A stretch of 64,000 bases of DNA from an uncultured Lentimicrobiaceae bacterium (lineage in GTDB: Bacteria > Bacteroidota > Bacteroidia > Bacteroidales > F082). The DNA lies in contig CAZBMR010000004.1 of assembly GCA_964492695.1 (NCBI GenBank), positions 2,414 through 66,413 on the forward strand, in the 5' to 3' direction. Made by a program: the position numbers and the translations under genes. The notes beneath the pieces are model-generated. The model saw only the letters and a list, made by a program, of their open reading frames with translations, was not told where the DNA came from and ran no database searches. Below are positions 28,458 to 37,746 of this stretch, in pieces (position 1 is the stretch's first letter; each line of letters starts with the position of its first letter).

Positions 28458-28497
28458 GTCTGTTTTGTGGATGAATGTCCATATAAACCTTATTGCC

Positions 28498-31023
28498 ATG
28501 AAACTTGAAACCAATCCACAACTCTCACTTGCACGAGAGTTTGTTCAAAACACCAACACCCACATCTTTCTCACCGGCAAGGCCGGCACAGGAAAGACAA
28601 CCTTTTTGCGACAGCTTAAAGATTTCACCTCCAAACGTTTTGTGGTGCTGGCCCCTACTGGGGTAGCCGCCATGAATGCCGGCGGACAAACCATTCACAG
28701 CTTTTTTCAGCTGCCCTTCGGACCACAATTGCCCGGATCGCTCGAAATGATTTACAACAACGACAGCCGGAACCCATCCACTGTGGCAGCACGCTACCAA
28801 AAGTTCAACCGCGAAAAGATCAACATCATTCGCAGCCTCGACTTGTTAGTGATAGATGAAATCAGCATGGTGAGGGCCGACCTGCTTGATGCGGTTGATG
28901 CCGTTTTGCGCCGCTACCGAAACAGGTGGATTCCCTTTGGAGGCCTGCAATTGCTTATGATAGGCGACCTGCATCAACTTGCCCCCATCGCCAAGGAAGA
29001 GGAATGGGAAATGCTCCGCCAGGTGTATCCAACCGTTTATTTCTTTAGCAGCCAGGCCCTGCAAAAAACCTCATACGTCAGCATCGAGCTCAAAAAGGTA
29101 TTCCGGCAAAGCGACATTCATTTTATCAACCTGCTCAACAAAGTCAGATCGTCCGATCCTGACGAGGCTACCATTCACGAACTGAACAAGCGCTATCTTC
29201 CCGAAATATTCGAAAACGAGCCCGAAGGCTACATCACGCTCACCACCCATAATCACCAGGCACAAAGCATCAACCAAACGCGACTCGACAGCCTCGAATC
29301 ACCCACCATCACCTTTAAGGCATCCATCAAGGGCGACTTCCCAGATTACCTCTACCCGACCAATCCGGAGCTGGAACTCAAAACAGGCGCACAAGTGATG
29401 TTTGTTAAAAATGATCCCAATCCACAAAAACTATATTTTAACGGAAAAATTGGTCGGATAACAGCAATTGATAAAAGCCAGCACACCGTTACGGTTCAAT
29501 GCGACAATGATTACGAAGCCATCACAACAGGCGCCATCGAGTGGCAAAACAACCGTTACAAACTCAACGAAACCACCAAAGAAATTGAGGAAGAAACCAT
29601 TGGAACCTTTACTCAGATTCCGCTCAAGCTGGCCTGGGCCATCACCATCCACAAAAGCCAGGGACTTACATTCGACAAAGCCATCATTGATGCAAAAGCC
29701 GCCTTTGCACATGGACAAGTGTATGTGGCACTTAGCCGCTGCACAAGCCTGGAGGGTATGATATTCCGATCAAAGATACCCTTAACCGCCATCAAAAGCA
29801 ATCAAACAGTGAACAGCTTTATGATGGAGGTTGAAACCAACACACCAACCGAAAGCACCCTGGCCGATGCAAAACACAGCTTCCAAATCCAACTAGTGAA
29901 AGAACTCTTTGATTTTGCACCCGCTCAGCGACGCATCAAAGCCATGATGCGCCTCCTGCATGAACATGCCACTGTGCTTGGCGATGCACTTCACAAAAAA
30001 TACCACGAAAACAACGAAACACTCAGCAGTTCACTGATCAGTGTTAGCACCAAATTTATGGCACAGGTGGATCAACTTTGCCTTCAGCAGCCCGACATTG
30101 AATTGAATGAACCACTGCAACAACGCATCATCAAAGCCTGCGAATATTTTGAGCCACGTTTCAAAACAGTAATGGAGAACCTGGACATTGAAATTGAGAC
30201 CGACAATAAAGAACTGAAAAAACAACTACAAGAAACCTTCAGCCGGATGATGATCGACATGGAATTGCAGCATGCCTGCCTGAACCATTGCCGTAAAGGA
30301 TTCAAGATCAGCGACTACCTGAGCGCAAGGGCGACGGCTGCTGCATCATCAACCGAACGCAAATTTAAATCCAGGGAAAAACCCAAAACAACAGCGGGCA
30401 AATCCGACAAATTATACGAACTGCTCAAAAACTGGCGAAACGAAACTGCAGAACTGGAAGCGCTTGACGTATATGAGGTGCTGCCAATCCGCTCAATGAA
30501 AGAGATTGCTGCCTCACCGCCACTCAACATGAAGGCACTGCAAAAAATCAAAGGACTTGGCAAGGTGCGCATTGCCAAATATGGCATGGCTTTGCTGCAA
30601 TTGATTGACGAATACCTTCAACAAAACAATAAGGGTCTTACGGTTGATTTGAGTCCGCCACAGGAAACTCCCCCGCCACCGTCCAAACCTGTCAGCCATG
30701 CAGTTACCTTTGAGCTCTACCGTGAAGGCATGCCCATCGAAGAGATTGCTGCCCAGCGTGGATTTGCCCTCTCAACCATTTATTCTCACTTGTCGCACTA
30801 TGTTGAGATGGGCGAACTGCCTGCCGATGAACTTGTGCCTACAGAAAAAATGGCCACAATCACAGAATATTTCCTCGAAACTGACGACGCCCATCTTGGT
30901 CGCGCACGCGAGGTGCTTGGCCCTGATTACACCTACCATGAACTTCGAATCGTGCTCAGCCACCTCCTTTTCACCAAACAAATATCACCTCCTGCTAAAG
31001 AGGAATCCAAAGCAAACACATGA
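28498..31023 (+). CDS. Pif1/RecD-family SF1B helicase with C-terminal HRDC-like and HTH extensions
   Basis: Walker A GKAGTGKTT, motif II LVIDEISMV and HKSQGLTFD. It also has an HRDC-like segment (LYELLKNWRNETAE...KGLGKVRIAKYG) and a C-terminal HTH-like segment. Confidence 0.85.
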   Translation: MKLETNPQLSLAREFVQNTNTHIFLTGKAGTGKTTFLRQLKDFTSKRFVVLAPTGVAAMNAGGQTIHSFFQLPFGPQLPGSLEMIYNNDSRNPSTVAARYQKFNREKINIIRSLDLLVIDEISMVRADLLDAVDAVLRRYRNRWIPFGGLQLLMIGDLHQLAPIAKEEEWEMLRQVYPTVYFFSSQALQKTSYVSIELKKVFRQSDIHFINLLNKVRSSDPDEATIHELNKRYLPEIFENEPEGYITLTTHNHQAQSINQTRLDSLESPTITFKASIKGDFPDYLYPTNPELELKTGAQVMFVKNDPNPQKLYFNGKIGRITAIDKSQHTVTVQCDNDYEAITTGAIEWQNNRYKLNETTKEIEEETIGTFTQIPLKLAWAITIHKSQGLTFDKAIIDAKAAFAHGQVYVALSRCTSLEGMIFRSKIPLTAIKSNQTVNSFMMEVETNTPTESTLADAKHSFQIQLVKELFDFAPAQRRIKAMMRLLHEHATVLGDALHKKYHENNETLSSSLISVSTKFMAQVDQLCLQQPDIELNEPLQQRIIKACEYFEPRFKTVMENLDIEIETDNKELKKQLQETFSRMMIDMELQHACLNHCRKGFKISDYLSARATAAASSTERKFKSREKPKTTAGKSDKLYELLKNWRNETAELEALDVYEVLPIRSMKEIAASPPLNMKALQKIKGLGKVRIAKYGMALLQLIDEYLQQNNKGLTVDLSPPQETPPPPSKPVSHAVTFELYREGMPIEEIAAQRGFALSTIYSHLSHYVEMGELPADELVPTEKMATITEYFLETDDAHLGRAREVLGPDYTYHELRIVLSHLLFTKQISPPAKEESKANT

Positions 31024-31050
31024 AAACCAGACCGGTACAAACTGGCAATA

Positions 31051-31087
31051 AAAAAAAAGACGATCCATATTTGATCGTCTTTTTTTC
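31051..31087. terminator. Bidirectional rho-independent terminator between the helicase gene and tRNA-Pro
   Basis: An A-run, then the stem GACGATC (31059-31065) pairing with GATCGTC (31073-31079), then a T-run. Confidence 0.7.
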
Positions 31088-31091
31088 TGGG

Positions 31092-31165
31092 TCGGGGTGA
31101 CTGGATTCGAACCAGCGGCCTCTTCGTCCCGAACGAAGCGCGCTACCGGGCTGCGCTACACCCCG
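31092..31165 (-). tRNA. tRNA-Pro (anticodon CGG)
   Basis: The reverse complement folds as a cloverleaf. The acceptor is CGGGGTG/CACCCCG and the anticodon stem is CTTCG/CGAAG with loop TTCGGGA. The T-arm is GCTGG-TTCGAAT-CCAGT. CCA is not exactly encoded. Confidence 0.9.
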
Positions 31166-31181
31166 TTTTTATTTCGGACTG

Positions 31182-31189
31182 CAAAAATA
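31182..31189 (-). promoter_or_regulatory. -7 promoter box for tRNA-Pro (TATTTTTG on the minus strand)
   Basis: TAnnTTTG match 17 nt upstream of the tRNA 5' end. Confidence 0.35.
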
Positions 31190-31357
31190 AGCAATTAGAC
31201 GAAATTCCAAAGAAATGATCAGAATTATATCGAAGGATCAAATCGATATCGATCAGATAAGTTTCCTTCAATATAAGGCAAGCATGTAGCAACCAGTTCA
31301 TTTATTGGCCACTATCCCAATCAGGCAATGGTTTACCAAATTCAATATTTTTGCCAT

Positions 31358-32308
31358 ATGAATATAAACATGTTAATCAGGCTGAGGCTCATTCAATCAT
31401 TTCGATTGGCAAGCGCATTGGGTTTGCCCCGTCTGCTCATCCTGATTGCAATACTTATTGGCTTTATCGCATTGATATTCGCGAAAACAAGGCTGGAATC
31501 AGAGGCAATGATCACGCTGTTGCTTTCGCTGGCAATACTCTTTCTTTTGCATCAATCACGTGCAGATCAACATTTTGTAGTTCAAAACCACATCCACCCG
31601 TGGAGGTGGTTTTTACCGGAATACGTATTGCTACTGTCACCGGTCTGGGTCAGCATATTGTTGCACAGGCATTTTGCAGTGTTGCTGTTATTAGGATTGC
31701 TCTGGCCCATAAGTCATTACAGAGCTTCTATCCACACAAAGCAGAAACCGATCATCCGCTCACGTCTGATCCATTGGATTCCATCAGGGTCTTTTGAATG
31801 GAAGGCAGGCATCAGGCGCACCTACTACCTCTTTATATTCATATGGGTTGCAGGCCTGGCCGTTGCACCAAATTTAGTGTTATTGCCCCTTTCCATGATG
31901 ATTGAAGCCATCCTGGTAGTCAGCTTTTATGAGCGAAATGAGTCACTTCCAATGCTTACAAGTTACGAACTAACTGCCAATCAACTTATTAAACAAAAGA
32001 TAGAACACAATGCACGCATGTTTGGTTTGTTGATGCTTCCACACACACTCATTTATATGGTGTTTCATCCCAACTTCTGGTTTGTGACACCGTTGCTGCT
32101 TTTGTTGCTCATACTGATACAAAGCTATGCCATCGTGGTAAAATACACATTCTACGACCCGCAGTCAGGCTCACCGGCCAACAGTTTTTTCCAATCGCTG
32201 GGTGCTGTTGCCATTATTGTACCGATGCTCTTACCGCTCATCCTCCTGTTAGGTATCCGATTCTATTTCAAATCTTTACAAAACCTGCACCCACTTCTCG
32301 ATGATTAA
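31358..32308 (+). CDS. Polytopic membrane protein, probable permease partner of the downstream ABC ATPase
   Basis: Roughly 6-8 hydrophobic segments, and an 8-nt overlap (ATGATTAA) with the ABC ATPase start. Family not recognised. Confidence 0.65.
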   Translation: MNINMLIRLRLIQSFRLASALGLPRLLILIAILIGFIALIFAKTRLESEAMITLLLSLAILFLLHQSRADQHFVVQNHIHPWRWFLPEYVLLLSPVWVSILLHRHFAVLLLLGLLWPISHYRASIHTKQKPIIRSRLIHWIPSGSFEWKAGIRRTYYLFIFIWVAGLAVAPNLVLLPLSMMIEAILVVSFYERNESLPMLTSYELTANQLIKQKIEHNARMFGLLMLPHTLIYMVFHPNFWFVTPLLLLLLILIQSYAIVVKYTFYDPQSGSPANSFFQSLGAVAIIVPMLLPLILLLGIRFYFKSLQNLHPLLDD

Positions 32309-32984
32309 ACTGGAGAAAATAAATTTTGCCTGGCAAAAAGACAATATGCTTTTCAATGAATTGTCGCTGACACTTCAGGCAGGCGAGATACATGGCATTG
32401 CCGGCTTGAACGGCGCAGGCAAAACAAGTTTGCTCAACATCATTGCCGGATATCAGAAACCCAACAGCGGACACCTTACCTACCATGGAAATAAAATCTC
32501 ACGCCATCAGATTGCATTTCTCGAAACAGAAAACTTCTTTTATACCTATATCACCGGTCGTGAATACCTCCAGCTCTTCAAAAACAATCAATTCGACAAC
32601 GATCTGTGGAACAATCTTTTCGCGCTCCCGCTTGACGGGCTGATCGAACACTACTCCACCGGCATGAAGAAAAAACTTGCCATCATGGCCTGCATCAAAC
32701 AAGATAAACCCATCATGATTCTCGACGAACCTTTCAATGGGCTCGACCTCGAAAGCAGCCGCATGCTGCACAACTTATTACTTAAAATTCGCCCAAACAA
32801 AACCATTCTCATCACTTCGCACATCCTCGAATCACTCACCAATCTCTGCGATCATATCCATTACATCGAGCAGGGCAAGCTCATTTTGAGCAGACCAAAA
32901 AAAGATTTTGACACCATTGAGATGCACATTTTTCAATCGCTTGAAGAAAAGCATCAAGCCTTGCTCAATCAACTCATTCCTTGA
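32301..32984 (+). CDS. ABC transporter ATP-binding protein (ABC-2/NatA-like)
   Basis: Walker A GLNGAGKTS, signature variant YSTGMKKKL, Walker B IMILDEPFNGLD and H-loop ITSHIL. Confidence 0.88.
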   Translation: MIKLEKINFAWQKDNMLFNELSLTLQAGEIHGIAGLNGAGKTSLLNIIAGYQKPNSGHLTYHGNKISRHQIAFLETENFFYTYITGREYLQLFKNNQFDNDLWNNLFALPLDGLIEHYSTGMKKKLAIMACIKQDKPIMILDEPFNGLDLESSRMLHNLLLKIRPNKTILITSHILESLTNLCDHIHYIEQGKLILSRPKKDFDTIEMHIFQSLEEKHQALLNQLIP

Positions 32985-33070
32985 CCAGAATTCATTTGCA
33001 CAAAAACGAATCGTCAGCCCACCACACTGCCAAAAATGGGATATGCTCCTTTGCAGGCCACTTACGGCAT

Positions 33071-33286
33071 TCACGAAACCTGTCTCAACCCCTGCATTTT
33101 TGTGCTGGCAGCCAGAAGCAGGGCATCGGCATCGCCTCCGCTAAATCTGATGTATTCGTAGGCGATCAGCTCAGCCGGAAGGTCGTCCATTGCCTGCTCC
33201 CAGTAAAGACCATTCAGGTAAACCGCAAATTCATCCATTCTTACATTTTCTTCTTCCATTGTCAAAAACCCATTTAAACAGATCAT
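33071..33286 (-). CDS. Hypothetical 71-aa acidic protein, translationally coupled to dinB
   Basis: Its ATG shares one base with the dinB TGA (TGATG), and the composition looks protein-like. An alternative start is the ATG at 33259. No family recognised. Confidence 0.45.
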   Translation of the reverse strand: MICLNGFLTMEEENVRMDEFAVYLNGLYWEQAMDDLPAELIAYEYIRFSGGDADALLLAASTKMQGLRQVS

Positions 33287-34494
33287 CACACAATTATTTT
33301 TCCCGTGCGCACATAGGGTACCACTTCGTTGGTCAACACCGCCTTTGACTTTTCCAGTCCTCCTGCCCTGCCAATGGCATCGCGACCAAAACGCCTTCTG
33401 ATGCGGTCCATGGCCTGATAAAGACTGGCCATCTCGGGTGTGTCTTCAAACATATTCAGCTGCTGCGACCCTCCCACCAACTCACTGAAGCGCACCCCTA
33501 TCAAACGGATAAGCATCCTGCGCTGATACAACTTTTCAAAAAGAGCAAACACCGTATCAAGCAAAAGATGATCAAAAGCAGTGTAGGGAATGTGTTTCTG
33601 CTGGCTATGGGTGTCGAAATTGGCATAGCGAATTTTCACCGTCACACAGCCCGTCAGCTTTTCCTTCGTACGCATCTCAAAAGCGAGTTTTTCTACCATC
33701 GCCGAAAGCATCTGACGCATCAGCACCACATCGGTGGTATCCTGCTCAAAAGTATGCTCACTGCTCACCGACTTTTGCTCGGTGTAGGGCTGCACAGGCG
33801 TTGGATCGATACCATTGGCCTTGCGCCAGATCACCAGGCCGTTTTTGCCCATCACCTGTTCCATCATCAGCGGTGGCACCTGCCTGAGCATGCCAATGGT
33901 GGCCACACCCATCGAGCGCAACAGCCTGTAGCCCGCCTCACCAACCATAGGAATCTTGCGGATGGAGAGAGGGTCGAGGAAATGATTCACCTCTGTTTGC
34001 AACACCTGCAGCTCCCCATTGGGTTTGGCCTGACCAGTGGCAATTTTCGAAACAGTTTTGTTGGCCGACAAACCAAAAGAGATCGGCAGGCCCGTTTCGC
34101 GGATAATGCGTTCGCGCAACTCATGTGTCCATTTATAACATCCAAAAAAGCGGTCCATCCCTGTCAGATCAAGGTAATGCTCATCAATCGAAGTCTTTTC
34201 ATAGAGCGGTGCACGATCGGCAATCACCTCCGTCACCAGCCTCGAATAGCGGCTATAGAGCTCCATATCGCCCCTGATATAAACCGCCTGACTGCAAAGC
34301 TGCCTTGCCATGCGCATCGGCATGGCCGAATGTACCCCAAAACGCCGCGCCTCATAACTGCAACTGGCCACCACTCCCCGGTCAGAAATCCCACCAATAA
34401 TCACCGGCTTGCCCACAAGCAAAGGGTTCATCAACCGCTCCACCGACACATAAAAAGTGTCGAGATCCATATGTACAATCGTCCTTCCTTCCAT
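33286..34494 (-). CDS. dinB: DNA polymerase IV (Y-family)
   Basis: VHMDLDTFYVSVE, SIDEHYLD and SANKTVSKIATGQAKPNG motifs. The start at MEGRTIVH (34494) fits homologues; the ORF extends to 34521. Confidence 0.9.
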   Translation of the reverse strand: MEGRTIVHMDLDTFYVSVERLMNPLLVGKPVIIGGISDRGVVASCSYEARRFGVHSAMPMRMARQLCSQAVYIRGDMELYSRYSRLVTEVIADRAPLYEKTSIDEHYLDLTGMDRFFGCYKWTHELRERIIRETGLPISFGLSANKTVSKIATGQAKPNGELQVLQTEVNHFLDPLSIRKIPMVGEAGYRLLRSMGVATIGMLRQVPPLMMEQVMGKNGLVIWRKANGIDPTPVQPYTEQKSVSSEHTFEQDTTDVVLMRQMLSAMVEKLAFEMRTKEKLTGCVTVKIRYANFDTHSQQKHIPYTAFDHLLLDTVFALFEKLYQRRMLIRLIGVRFSELVGGSQQLNMFEDTPEMASLYQAMDRIRRRFGRDAIGRAGGLEKSKAVLTNEVVPYVRTGKIIV

Positions 34495-34596
34495 CCTTTG
34501 TATCCCCGCCTCCCCCAGCAAAACAAATAAAATGTGTACAACTGCCAGGAGATTTTTTTGCTTAATAACTTGACATTCGATTCAAATGTTATATCT

Positions 34597-34642
34597 TTGA
34601 CGTGTTTTTAATCATTTTTGACGACGTTAAATTAATCATTTT
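34597..34642. promoter_or_regulatory. Tandem direct repeats TTGACG-N5-TTAATCATTTT / TTGACG-N8-TTAATCATTTT, candidate operator
   Basis: Read directly from the dinB / S24-repressor divergent intergenic region. A third TTGAC is at 34570, and a TATCTTTG -7-like box at 34592-34599 overlaps the first repeat. Confidence 0.4.
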
Positions 34643-34761
34643 AAAAATAAATGCAAGTATTTTCTCAGTTTTTTTTTTCGAGGCCAGCACTGGTACTACA
34701 CTCAAAAAACACCCATAGCCGAAAATAACCACAGCTGGCCAAGGTTGAAAAATCAAAAAAA

Positions 34762-35574
34762 ATGCACCATATGACCCACTTCAGCAACAACATCAGATTT
34801 CTGCGCAAACGACGCGGCCGCACACAAGACGATCTGGCATTTGCGCTCAATATGAAACGCTCTACCCTGAGCGGCTACGAAAACCAGATTGCCCAGCCCG
34901 GCATCGAAACGCTGGTTGATTTTTCAAAATACTTCAACATTGCCATCGACACCCTTATCAAAGTGGACCTCTCTGCTTTGAGCGAAAGCCAGCTCAACCA
35001 GCTCGAAAGGGGCTACGATGTGTTTATACGCGGCAGCGAACTGCGTGTGCTGACCACCACAGTTGACAGCCAAAACAACGAAAACATCGAACTGGTCGAA
35101 GAAAAAGCCAAAGCAGGCTACACCACCGGTTTTTCCGATCCCGAATACATCCGTGTGCTCCCCGCCTTCCACCTGCCCTTCCTGTCGGGAAACAAAAAAT
35201 ACCGCAGCTTCCAGATCAGTGGCGATTCCATGCTGCCCATCCCCGATAAATCATACGTCACAGGCGAATATGTTGTTGACTGGAACTTCATCCGCAGTCA
35301 TCAGCCTTACATCATTCTCACCCGCGACGAGGGCATCGTGTTTAAAATCGTAGAAAATAAACTCAAGGAAGAAGGCTTGCTAAGCCTGCACTCCCTCAAC
35401 CCGCTTTATGAAACCTACGACCTTCCAATTGGCGAGATCAGGGAAGTGTGGAAGTTTGTGCACTACATCAGCTCCGAAATGCCCGAGCCCAACCGCGAAC
35501 GCGACAACATCACCGAAACCGTGAAACAACTCCAACGGCAAGTGCAAGCCATTCAGATGAAACTGAACTTATGA
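34762..35574 (+). CDS. CI/XRE-type HTH + S24 peptidase repressor (non-canonical LexA-like)
   Basis: HTH RTQDDLAFALNMKRSTLSGYENQ, the S24 Ser motif SGDSMLP and Lys context IVFKIV, and a ~35-aa C-terminal coiled-coil-like tail. Confidence 0.85.
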   Translation: MHHMTHFSNNIRFLRKRRGRTQDDLAFALNMKRSTLSGYENQIAQPGIETLVDFSKYFNIAIDTLIKVDLSALSESQLNQLERGYDVFIRGSELRVLTTTVDSQNNENIELVEEKAKAGYTTGFSDPEYIRVLPAFHLPFLSGNKKYRSFQISGDSMLPIPDKSYVTGEYVVDWNFIRSHQPYIILTRDEGIVFKIVENKLKEEGLLSLHSLNPLYETYDLPIGEIREVWKFVHYISSEMPEPNRERDNITETVKQLQRQVQAIQMKLNL

Positions 35575-35837
35575 ACCAATCCTAACATGCCTTTATGTTG
35601 CTGAATATCTACTTGTAATAAAATTACAAACAACGAAAAAGCACAACACACATCCCATTGAAGCGGGTAAAGCACTTTTAACAAACATCCCTTTGCACAA
35701 TGTGATTGCCCGCACCGAACAACAGTTTCCCAATCGTTTTGCCAACAATCGTTCCGCTTTGAAATAATTGTTTTGCCGTTGGAATCTCGGACAAAAGAAT
35801 TATTTTTATCACGTTCTTAACCTCAAAAAACAAATTC

Positions 35838-37742
35838 ATGATTCCAAAAATTTCTACCCTCGGTGGCTATATATTTGAATATCAGAAAAGTGTAACAAAT
35901 CCCACCGGCTTTTGGTCGAACATTGCCGACAGTTTCTACTGGCGCAAGAAATGGGACAACACCCTTGAGTGGGACTTCGGCAAGGGGCATGTGCGTTGGT
36001 ATGATGGGGCAAAACTCAATATCACTGAAAACATCTTCGAACGCCACCTCTTTTTTCGCGGCCATCAGCCAGCCATCATCTGGGAAGCCAACGATCCGGC
36101 CGAAGCAGCACGCACACTCACTTATCAGGAGCTTTACCGGGAGGTTCAGAAATTTGCCAACGTACTCATCGCATCCGGCATCAAAAAGGGCGACCGGGTA
36201 GCCATTTATATGCCCATGGTACCCGAACTTGTTGTGGCCATGCTTGCCTGCGCGCGCATCGGGGCAATCCATTCGGTCATCTTTGCCGGTTTCTCAGCCC
36301 AGTCACTGAGCGAACGACTGCAGGATGCAGGCGCAAAACTACTCATCACAGCCGATGGTGGTTTTCGCGGAAACAAAACCATCCCCGTTAAGCAAATTGC
36401 CGATGAAGCCATGAATGCCTGCAATTGCGTGAGTAAAGCCATCGTTTTGCAACGCACCAAAGAAAATATTGCCATGCGTGAAGGCCGTGATTTTTGGTGG
36501 CACGAGCTCATGCAAAACAGCCCAACCGATTGCCCCGCCACGGTGATGGATGCCGAAGACCCGCTTTTTATCCTCTACACCAGCGGCTCAACCGGCAAAC
36601 CCAAAGGCCTTGTGCACACAACGGCCGGATATATGGTTTATACTGCCTATACTTTCCGCAATATTTTTCAATATGGCGATGGCGACATTTATTTCTGCTC
36701 GGCCGACATCGGATGGATTACAGGCCATAGCTACCTCGTTTATGGTCCTTTGCTTGCTGGTGCCACTTCGCTCATGTTCGAAGGTGTTCCTACCTGGCCT
36801 GATGCGGGCAGATTCTGGGACATTGTTGACAAGCACCATGTTAATCAGTTCTATACCGCCCCTACTGCCATTCGTTCGCTGATGGCACTGGGCATGGAAT
36901 GGCTCAAAAACAAAGACCTCAGCTCGCTCAAAGTGCTTGGCACGGTGGGCGAACCCATCAACGAAGCCGCCTGGCACTGGTATCATGACCATATTGGTAA
37001 AAACCGCTGCCCCATTGTTGACACCTGGTGGCAAACCGAAACAGGCGGCATCATGATCAGTCCCTATGCAGGCATCACACCAACCAAGCCTTCGTATGCC
37101 ACAATGCCTGTGATGGGCATTCAACCCGTGGTGGTCGATCCAAATGGGAAACACCTGCTCGGCAACAGCATCGAGGGCAATCTTTGTATTGGTTTTCCCT
37201 GGCCAGGAATGGCACGCACCATTTGGGGAGACCACGAAAGGTTTATCAGAACCTATTTCAGCACCTATCCCGGCCTGTATTTTACCGGCGATGGCGTAAA
37301 ACGCGACGAAGACGGTTATTACCGCATTCTGGGCCGTGTGGATGATGTGATCAACGTTTCAGGACACCGACTGGGGACTGCCGAAATTGAGAATGCCATC
37401 AACGAACACCCCTTGGTTGACGAATCAGCCGTAGTTGGTTTTCCGCACCCCATCAAAGGACAAGGCATTTATGCCTTTGTGGTTTGTCCGCAGTTCAGCA
37501 CGGGGGGCGAAGAGGGAATTCGGAATTCTATTTTGATGGCTGTTTCCAATATGATCGGACCATTTGCAAAACCTGATAAAGTTCAGATCGTTAACGGATT
37601 ACCAAAAACAAGGTCAGGTAAAATCATGCGACGTATCTTGATGAAAATCGCGGATGGGAAAACATCCGACTTTGGAGACACAAGCACCCTACTCGATCCG
37701 GACATCGTGAACGAAATAGTTGCTGGCGCGCAGAAAATTTAA
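35838..37742 (+). CDS. acs: Acetyl-CoA synthetase (AMP-forming)
   Basis: YTSGSTGKPKG, WWQTETGG and PKTRSGKIMRR motifs; 634 aa. Confidence 0.95.
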   Translation: MIPKISTLGGYIFEYQKSVTNPTGFWSNIADSFYWRKKWDNTLEWDFGKGHVRWYDGAKLNITENIFERHLFFRGHQPAIIWEANDPAEAARTLTYQELYREVQKFANVLIASGIKKGDRVAIYMPMVPELVVAMLACARIGAIHSVIFAGFSAQSLSERLQDAGAKLLITADGGFRGNKTIPVKQIADEAMNACNCVSKAIVLQRTKENIAMREGRDFWWHELMQNSPTDCPATVMDAEDPLFILYTSGSTGKPKGLVHTTAGYMVYTAYTFRNIFQYGDGDIYFCSADIGWITGHSYLVYGPLLAGATSLMFEGVPTWPDAGRFWDIVDKHHVNQFYTAPTAIRSLMALGMEWLKNKDLSSLKVLGTVGEPINEAAWHWYHDHIGKNRCPIVDTWWQTETGGIMISPYAGITPTKPSYATMPVMGIQPVVVDPNGKHLLGNSIEGNLCIGFPWPGMARTIWGDHERFIRTYFSTYPGLYFTGDGVKRDEDGYYRILGRVDDVINVSGHRLGTAEIENAINEHPLVDESAVVGFPHPIKGQGIYAFVVCPQFSTGGEEGIRNSILMAVSNMIGPFAKPDKVQIVNGLPKTRSGKIMRRILMKIADGKTSDFGDTSTLLDPDIVNEIVAGAQKI

Positions 37743-37746
37743 TTTT

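Noticed and set aside
31051-31360. tRNA-Pro as a possible genomic-island integration site
   Set aside because: There is no integrase, recombinase or mobility gene on either side. I saw no duplicated copy of the tRNA 3' end by eye. The flanks look like the ordinary chromosome.
32981-33277. 98-aa + strand ORF starting with TTG at the ABC ATPase stop
   Set aside because: The composition is H/C/S/R-rich. The minus-strand 71-aa ORF over the same DNA has a protein-like composition and a TGATG coupling to dinB, so I preferred that one. The call remains uncertain.
33568-34530. 320-aa ORF on the + strand
   Set aside because: It is antisense to dinB, which has clear Y-family polymerase motifs. The translation is His/Arg-rich and low in complexity.
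36588-37235. 215-aa ORF on the - strand
   Set aside because: It is antisense to acs, which is unambiguous.
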